A DNA stretch of 64,000 bases from Deltaproteobacteria bacterium (GTDB lineage: Bacteria > Desulfobacterota > Syntrophia > Syntrophales > UBA2210): assembly GCA_016930775.1 (NCBI GenBank), contig JAFGGB010000124.1, positions 9,671 through 73,670 on the forward strand. The letters run 5' to 3'. The position numbers and the translations under genes are program-made. Of the stretch, positions 58,443 through 64,000 are shown piece by piece. The stretch's first letter is position 1. Each line of letters begins with the position of its first letter. The notes beneath the pieces were generated by a model that saw nothing but the letters and a program-made list of their open reading frames with translations, searched no databases and was not told where the DNA came from.

Positions 58443-58462
58443 AACCGGAAAGGAGAGTTTTC

Positions 58463-59416
58463 ATGAAACGGTTCATAGTTTTTATGGCAGCAGCGGCTTT
58501 GTTGGTTGTTTCGACGGGAATGGCCATGGCCGCCTTCCCAACTCGACCCATCAATCTGATGGTCTATACTCAACCAGGCGGCGCCATCGATGTGTTCGCC
58601 CGCAAATTTGAGGCTATCGCGAAAAAATACACCGACGCCACCTTTGTTGTCGTCAATAAACCGGGCGCCGGCGGGATCATCGCCATAAAGGATATTATGG
58701 CAAGCAAGGCCGACGGTTACAAGATCCTGGCGGTCACGAAGTCGAACATCAGCAAGATGGTCGAATCGGGAAGCGACATTAAAATCAGCGACTATTCATG
58801 GATTGCCATGATGGTTTCCGATCCCGAAGCCATAATTGTAAACCGCGAATCAAAAATAACCACATGGCAGGAGATTCTCGCCGACGCAAAGGCGAAAGGC
58901 GGAAACCAGTTGTGGGTCGGTCCGGCGAAGGGCGGCAATGATCACATAATGGCTATGAAGACTTGGCGCATTGCGGGGATACAAGGCAAGTGGATACCCT
59001 ATGAAAGCGGGGGCAAGGCCATGGCGGCCCTCATGGGCGGCCATGGGGCCGTTTATGTGGGAAATCCTCAGGATGTCGTAGGAAGGCCCAATCTCAAGTG
59101 CGCCGCCATATCGGCAACGGAACGGCTGTCGGGAGAGTTTGCCGATGTTCCCACCTTCCGTGAACTTGGAATTTCGGGACTCGACGAAGAAATCATCTGG
59201 CGCGGCTTCATGGCAAAGAAGGGCATACCGGCAGAGGCGCGGGCTTTTTATACGGAACTCTTCCGCAAGGTCAACGACGACCCCGACTGGCGCAAATATA
59301 TTCTTTCGGGAGCGGCGAACCCCGTTTTCTACGAAGAGGTTCGTTTCACGAAGATCGTTGAGAACGACGCCAAGGAATTCAAAGAAGCCCTCGTGGGACT
59401 GGGGATCATCAAGTAA
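58463..59416 (+). CDS. tctC: Tripartite tricarboxylate transporter substrate-binding protein (Bug/TctC family)
   Basis: 317 aa. The signal peptide is MKRFIVFMAAAALLVVSTGMAMA. Motifs: YPTRPINLMVYTQPGGAIDVFAR-type N-terminus and VVNKPGAGG. Confidence 0.88.
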   Translation: MKRFIVFMAAAALLVVSTGMAMAAFPTRPINLMVYTQPGGAIDVFARKFEAIAKKYTDATFVVVNKPGAGGIIAIKDIMASKADGYKILAVTKSNISKMVESGSDIKISDYSWIAMMVSDPEAIIVNRESKITTWQEILADAKAKGGNQLWVGPAKGGNDHIMAMKTWRIAGIQGKWIPYESGGKAMAALMGGHGAVYVGNPQDVVGRPNLKCAAISATERLSGEFADVPTFRELGISGLDEEIIWRGFMAKKGIPAEARAFYTELFRKVNDDPDWRKYILSGAANPVFYEEVRFTKIVENDAKEFKEALVGLGIIK

Positions 59417-59520
59417 GACGGCTTTGCAGAAAGGCCGGATGCATGCGACTTGACTATGGGATTTTTACGAAACATAGTTTTCGGCTTTACGGCAGGTTGT
59501 AGGGATTGTTTATGGTTCGG

Positions 59521-59548
59521 ACGGCGCCGCACTGGGCAGCGGCGCCGT
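59521..59548 (+). promoter_or_regulatory. Perfect 10-bp GC-rich intercistronic hairpin between tctC and tctB
   Basis: ACGGCGCCGC (59521-59530), loop actgggca, GCGGCGCCGT (59539-59548). No U-tract follows. Confidence 0.55.
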
Positions 59549-59582
59549 TCACCGGCGAAGAATCTCAACGGAGGAGAAAACG

Positions 59583-60134
59583 ATGTCATTGATGGAACGC
59601 CTGTCTCAGGGATGGGGACTCCTGCTCGTTATTGCGGCAGGCTTGGCGGCGCTGACGCTTTCAGGTTTTTTGATTCGTCGATCGTCCGTTCGTAAGTATT
59701 TCGGCGAAATCATGGTACCACTGTCCGTAATGGCAGTCTGCATACTATTCGTTTTCATAACCTTCAGTTTTCCCGAGGAGGAAGCAGGTCCGGCAGTCAT
59801 TCCGCAATTGATCGCGTTCTTTACCGTTACGTTCTGCATGGTTCTTTTATACCGTGTTGCTCAGGGATTGGCGAAACCCGATCCGCCAGCCGGACGGACT
59901 GGCTTCATGCTGGCAGTCGTCGGCATAACCGCCGGGTATTGTTTTTTAATTGACATAGCGGGTTATTTTCTCAGCACATTTTTGTTCCTCCTTGTGCTGA
60001 TGTATGTCCTGGGCTACCGGAGAAGGGCGGTCATTCTTTCCGTCGCACTCGGCTGGGTTCTCTTCTCCTATGCAATCTTTTATCGTTTTCTGCATATTCA
60101 GTTGCCCTTGGGATTCTGGGAAAATTTCTATTAA
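59583..60134 (+). CDS. tctB: Tripartite tricarboxylate transporter small membrane subunit (TctB-like)
   Basis: 183 aa with four to five hydrophobic segments, positioned between tctC and tctA. Confidence 0.75.
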   Translation: MSLMERLSQGWGLLLVIAAGLAALTLSGFLIRRSSVRKYFGEIMVPLSVMAVCILFVFITFSFPEEEAGPAVIPQLIAFFTVTFCMVLLYRVAQGLAKPDPPAGRTGFMLAVVGITAGYCFLIDIAGYFLSTFLFLLVLMYVLGYRRRAVILSVALGWVLFSYAIFYRFLHIQLPLGFWENFY

Positions 60135-60204
60135 ATTCAGATCACCCTTCGGGAGTTTGATTTTCGGCGATCCGCCCGAAGGAAAGAAGGGGAGAGACGC
60201 GGGA

Positions 60205-61710
60205 ATGGATCTTCTGGACAGCATGCTTGTCGGTTTCGGATCACTGGTCGGATGGAAACCTCTCATCATCATTATTGTCGGAGTTATTATAGGAATTCTT
60301 GCCGGCGCCATGCCCGGGCTTTCTCCTTCAACGGCCGTGGCGCTTCTTGTGCCTTTCAGTTACACCATGACGCCGGAGCTGGCTCTCATTCTTCTGACCA
60401 CCATCTATCTTGCCACGAACTACGGCGGGTCCATAACGGCCGTCCTGATCAACACGCCGGGAACGCCGGCCGCCGCCGTAACAGCCCTTGACGGATACCC
60501 GCTCACGCTCCAGGGAAAGGCGGGCAAGGGTCTGGGCACGGCCCTTATAGCCTCGACGATCGGAGGTTCCATCGGCGTCATCGTTCTTGTTCTCTTCGCT
60601 GTCCCACTGGCGCACATCGCGATAAAGTTCGGCCCGGCCGATTATTTCGCTCTGGCTCTTTTCGGCCTCGCTACGGTGGCGTCAATGGGACGCGGAAACA
60701 TCATCAAGGCTCTTGTCGCCATACTCATCGGGCTAATGATCAACATGATCGGCATCGATCCCATTTCGGGGATTTCAAGATTTTCCTTTGGAAACGATCG
60801 ACTCTATGACGGCTTTTCGCTTATCCCTGCCTTGATCGGGCTTTTCGCCGTGAGCGTGGTCTTTGCCAAGGCCGAGGAATGGACGGGATTCAACCGAACG
60901 CTGGAAAAAGTCGGAAGCAAGCTGCCTACCCTGAAGGAAATCCTCGAAATAAGAGGCGCCATTCTTCGTTCTTCCATCATTGGAACGATCATAGGAATTT
61001 TCCCCGGCGCCGGTTCAACGATAGCTTCTTTTATCAGCTATGATGTATCGAAGCGATCGAGCAAGCATCCAGAACTCTTCGGCGAAGGCTCGCTTGAGGG
61101 AGTGGCTGCCGCCGAGGCGTCAAACAGCAGTTCCGTGGGTGGCGCTCTCGTGCCGCTCCTCGCTCTGGGAATTCCGGGCAGTGCGACCGATGCCGTCCTT
61201 CTGGGGGCCTTCATGCTTCACGATCTCGTGCCGGGTCCCCTGTTGTTCAAGACCAGGCCTGAACTTGTCTACGGCATTTTCGCGGCCCTCATCGTTGCAA
61301 ATATTTTCATACTCCTCCTGGGACTATACGGAAACCGTCTCTTCATTCGGGTTGTGGCGGTGCCCGATGCAATACTGTATCCCATGATACTGACTCTTGC
61401 GGTTGTCGGCAGTTATTCAGTCGCCGGTTCTCTTTTTGATGTTGCTTCCTGCATTGGTTTCGGTATAATGGGTTGGCTCCTAAAACGATACGGATATCCC
61501 GTCGCGCCGGTAGTTCTCGGCATCGTCCTCGGCAAGATGATAGAAACGAATTTCAGGCGTGCCGTCATGATGCACGGGTACTCCGTATTTTTAAAGGAAA
61601 AGCTTGCTCTTGCGGTCTTGATCATCGCCGTGATTTCTTTTCTTTATCCCCTGATGAAGCAGTGGAAGGAAGATCGGGCGAAGAGAGCGGCGCATAGCTG
61701 GAAGACCTGA
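60205..61710 (+). CDS. tctA: Tripartite tricarboxylate transporter large permease (TctA family)
   Basis: The preferred start is ATG 60205 (MDLLDSMLVGFGSLVGW); the ORF track starts at 60004, inside tctB. Motifs: GILAGAMPGLS, YGGSITAVLINTPGTP, and GIFPGAGSTIASFISY. Confidence 0.88.
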   Translation: MDLLDSMLVGFGSLVGWKPLIIIIVGVIIGILAGAMPGLSPSTAVALLVPFSYTMTPELALILLTTIYLATNYGGSITAVLINTPGTPAAAVTALDGYPLTLQGKAGKGLGTALIASTIGGSIGVIVLVLFAVPLAHIAIKFGPADYFALALFGLATVASMGRGNIIKALVAILIGLMINMIGIDPISGISRFSFGNDRLYDGFSLIPALIGLFAVSVVFAKAEEWTGFNRTLEKVGSKLPTLKEILEIRGAILRSSIIGTIIGIFPGAGSTIASFISYDVSKRSSKHPELFGEGSLEGVAAAEASNSSSVGGALVPLLALGIPGSATDAVLLGAFMLHDLVPGPLLFKTRPELVYGIFAALIVANIFILLLGLYGNRLFIRVVAVPDAILYPMILTLAVVGSYSVAGSLFDVASCIGFGIMGWLLKRYGYPVAPVVLGIVLGKMIETNFRRAVMMHGYSVFLKEKLALAVLIIAVISFLYPLMKQWKEDRAKRAAHSWKT

Positions 61711-61774
61711 AAAAATCCCCCGATGAAAGGTCAAAAGTTGCTATTCACACAGTAAAATTCGAGGTTGCACGACA

Positions 61775-62425
61775 ATGAAACTCAATCTGTTCTCGAAAAA
61801 AATCGGCATAGAAGAAAAAATCGACGGATTCCTGAATAAGGTAAGCGAGGCGGGACTTATTTTTCAAAGCGCCATGGAGGATTACTTTAACGGGAACGAC
61901 GAGGTCTTTGCAGAGAAAAGGGAAGCCCTTCACAGAACCGAGAATGAAGGGGATACGTTGCGCAGGGATATCGAGAGACACCTCTACACCAAGACTCTCA
62001 TCCCGGAGTCGCGGGGCGACGTGCTCGAATTGATCGAAAATATGGATGCCCTGCTCGATTACTACAAGGCTGCTATTTGGAGATTCGATATAGAAAAGCC
62101 CGAGATCTGCCGGGAATTTCATAGCGATTTCAGGGAATTGGTTGCCTGCGGCGTCAAGGCCGTTGAAGAAACGGTCTGTTCCTGCCGCGCCTTTTTTAAG
62201 AATATCGACGATGCCTCCAATCACATGCACAAGGTAACATATTGGGAGAAACAGGCGGATGTCGTTTCGACGCGGCTTCAGCGAGCCATCTTCAGCCGGC
62301 AGGATCTCCGGCTCAGTCACCGACAGCAGATTCGAAATTTCGCCCGGTTCATGGAAAAGATTTCCGACGAAGCCGAGGACGTTATAGATCGTCTTAGCAT
62401 CTATATCATAAAAAGGGCGCTTTAA
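61775..62425 (+). CDS. DUF47 / PhoU-like phosphate-transport accessory protein (TIGR00153-type)
   Basis: 216 aa, helical, with HRTENEGDTLRRDI and VLELIENMD. It lies 11 nt upstream of the Pit gene, the usual pairing. Confidence 0.8.
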   Translation: MKLNLFSKKIGIEEKIDGFLNKVSEAGLIFQSAMEDYFNGNDEVFAEKREALHRTENEGDTLRRDIERHLYTKTLIPESRGDVLELIENMDALLDYYKAAIWRFDIEKPEICREFHSDFRELVACGVKAVEETVCSCRAFFKNIDDASNHMHKVTYWEKQADVVSTRLQRAIFSRQDLRLSHRQQIRNFARFMEKISDEAEDVIDRLSIYIIKRAL

Positions 62426-62436
62426 AGGAGTAATCG

Positions 62437-63924
62437 ATGTTCATGTTCTTTCTCTCAAGCGGTCTCTTCCAGGGCTGGTCTCTCGGCGCCAATAACATGT
62501 CCAATATCTTCGGCACTGCCGTGGGATCCCGGATGATCAGTTTCCGCAAGGCTGCATTGATCTGCAGCCTTGCGGTCATCCTGGGCGCCGTCATCAGCGG
62601 CGCCGGCGTTACCGACACCCTTGTTAAGCTGGGCGCCGTCAACGCCCTGGCGGGCGCCTTCACGGTAGCCTTCGCATCGGCTGTAACGATATTTCTCATG
62701 ACGAAAGCCGGCATTCCCGTTTCCACGTCTCAATCGATTATAGGCGCCATCGTTGGCTGGAACTTGTTTTCGGGATTCCTGACGGATCCTGCTTCCCTTA
62801 CAAAAATAATAACTACCTGGCTGATCTGTCCGGTGCTGTCCGCTCTTTTTTCCATGGCGGCATACCTGCTGATTGTAAGGATCATCCGTCACTATCAGAT
62901 CCACATGTTCAAGTTGGATTCGCTGGTGCGGTATGGACTGATCCTCGTTGGCGCCTTTGGCGCCTATTCCATGGGCGCCAACAACATTTCTACCGTTATG
63001 GGCGTTTTTATTCCCGTTGTGCCCTTTCCTCCCATTTCATTCTTTGGGTTTTTTACTCTTACGGCGGCGCAACAGCTTTTTCTTTTGGGAGGCATAGCCA
63101 TAGCCGTCGGTGTTTTTACCTATTCAAAACGGGTTATTCTTACCGTCGGGAAAGGCATCATGGATCTTTCGCCCGTCGCCGCTTTTGTAGCCGTGCTGTC
63201 CCACTCGCTGGTGCTCTTCCTCTTCGCTTCGAAGAGCCTCGAACAACTTCTTCTTTCTCATGGACTTCCCGCAATTCCTCTGGTGCCAGTTTCCAGTTCG
63301 CAGGCCATCGTGGGCGCCGTTATCGGAATCGGCCTTCTGAAAGGCGGGAGGTCTATTCAATGGAAGACCGTCGGAAGCATTTTCATCGGTTGGATTGCAA
63401 CACCGTTGCTCGCAGGAATCATATGCTTTGTTTCGCTCTTTATGATGCAGAATTTGTTTCAGCAGAAGGCCTACGAACCCGTCACCTATGTGTTGAGTTC
63501 TCGGGCTCTTCAGAGGATCGATTCTATGGGCGTTCCTACCGAGTCTCTCGGCGACTTGGTTGGAAAGGAGTTTGAAAGCGCACGAGCCTTCCGGTCGGCC
63601 CTGGCTGCGCGGATTTCCCCGTCCAAGGAACTGGAAGCGCTTTTTCTGGATGTCTGCCTGTACCACAAAATGGAAATTTCCAAGATCAAGATAACGGCCA
63701 TGAACAGGTATAAAGTGACGGAAGAGCAGCGGCAGGCCCTTGAAAAAATGGCGGGAAGAATATTCGCTCACACCTGGGCTCTCGACAACCTGCTCGCCGA
63801 AAGCACGCCGGCGTGGAAGGTCAGCGAGAACAATGCAGCGCACAACAAACAACTGGCCGCGGCATTGCTCTATATTCATGATTATTTCAAGGCCGACAGG
63901 CGGCTTCCGGAGACCAATCAGTGA
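62437..63924 (+). CDS. pit: Inorganic phosphate transporter, PiT/PHO4 family, with about 150-aa soluble C-terminal extension
   Basis: 495 aa. The duplicated signature is GANNMSNIFGTAVGS and GANNISTVMG. Membrane segments end near residue 345, and a hydrophilic tail follows. Confidence 0.85.
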   Translation: MFMFFLSSGLFQGWSLGANNMSNIFGTAVGSRMISFRKAALICSLAVILGAVISGAGVTDTLVKLGAVNALAGAFTVAFASAVTIFLMTKAGIPVSTSQSIIGAIVGWNLFSGFLTDPASLTKIITTWLICPVLSALFSMAAYLLIVRIIRHYQIHMFKLDSLVRYGLILVGAFGAYSMGANNISTVMGVFIPVVPFPPISFFGFFTLTAAQQLFLLGGIAIAVGVFTYSKRVILTVGKGIMDLSPVAAFVAVLSHSLVLFLFASKSLEQLLLSHGLPAIPLVPVSSSQAIVGAVIGIGLLKGGRSIQWKTVGSIFIGWIATPLLAGIICFVSLFMMQNLFQQKAYEPVTYVLSSRALQRIDSMGVPTESLGDLVGKEFESARAFRSALAARISPSKELEALFLDVCLYHKMEISKIKITAMNRYKVTEEQRQALEKMAGRIFAHTWALDNLLAESTPAWKVSENNAAHNKQLAAALLYIHDYFKADRRLPETNQ

Positions 63925-64000
63925 TCATTCTTCGGTTTCCCTGACGAAATCGCCGACAGGGCCGCCTAGAACTATATTGCCCGAGCTCTCTATCATGACA
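63925..64000 (-). CDS. 3' end of an unidentified minus-strand gene (window edge)
   Basis: The reverse translation reads ...VMIESSGNIVLGGPVGDFVRETEE*. The stop is the complement of tca at 63925-63927. The fragment is too short to name. Confidence 0.3.
   Translation of the reverse strand, partial: VMIESSGNIVLGGPVGDFVRETEE

Noticed and set aside
60004-60204. Upstream extension of the tctA ORF overlapping tctB by 131 nt.
   Set aside because: The extension has non-membrane, odd composition. ATG 60205 gives the conserved TctA N-terminus MDLLDSMLVGF. Similar over-extended track starts were trimmed at 5506, 12196, 20612, 44268, 45070, 45876, 50440, 51899 and 54837.
1-64000. Looked for CRISPR arrays, rRNA, tRNA, reverse transcriptases, Cas or other recognisable defence genes.
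   Set aside because: I saw no regularly spaced direct repeats. Every large ORF was assignable to metabolic, transport, signalling or IS functions.

Overview
This 64-kb chromosomal window is densely coding. I call about 52 protein-coding genes, three decayed gene or IS remnants, and a few regulatory or terminator sites. I saw no rRNA, tRNA or CRISPR array by eye. The gene content suggests a strictly anaerobic Desulfobacterota/Syntrophia-like bacterium, but this is inference only. That content includes anaerobic NrdDG with NrdR boxes, NfnAB, GlpABC, an acyl-CoA dehydrogenase, a V-type ATPase and many PAS/GAF kinases.

Layout, left to right:
- A truncated aminotransferase and a multi-PAS LuxR regulator.
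- A nucleotide-sugar interconversion cluster (wecB, UDP-GlcA 4-epimerase, an oxidoreductase::acetyltransferase fusion, ugd, uxs, galE).
- comEA.
- A minus-strand block: nrdD, nrdG, kpsF, an atypical thioredoxin, a hydrolase and a Nudix gene.
- purB.
- An AT-richer block carrying a methyltransferase, a hybrid histidine kinase and a 714-aa tandem-PilZ protein.
- An IHF/HU-like gene and an acyl-CoA dehydrogenase.
- A low-GC islet with an internally deleted IS1380-type remnant and an orphan PP-loop ATPase.
- An RmlA/RmlC-like pair, then nfnAB.
- A decayed two-component system.
- A Chlamydia-type V-ATPase operon (E, DUF2764, A, B, D, I, K) followed by an IS91 remnant.
- Housekeeping genes and an ABC importer.
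- glpABC.
- A divergent LysR regulator facing a co-directional array: CYTH-like, CYTH, tctCBA, DUF47 and Pit.

Best candidates for something new:
- The LysR / double-CYTH / TTT / Pit array.
- The tandem-PilZ protein translationally coupled to the hybrid kinase.
- A Trx2-type thioredoxin with a duplicated zinc ribbon and a CVNC active site.
- A predicted Na+-binding V-ATPase rotor on an island flanked by gene wreckage.

All homology statements come from reading the translations and recognising motifs. No database search was run.
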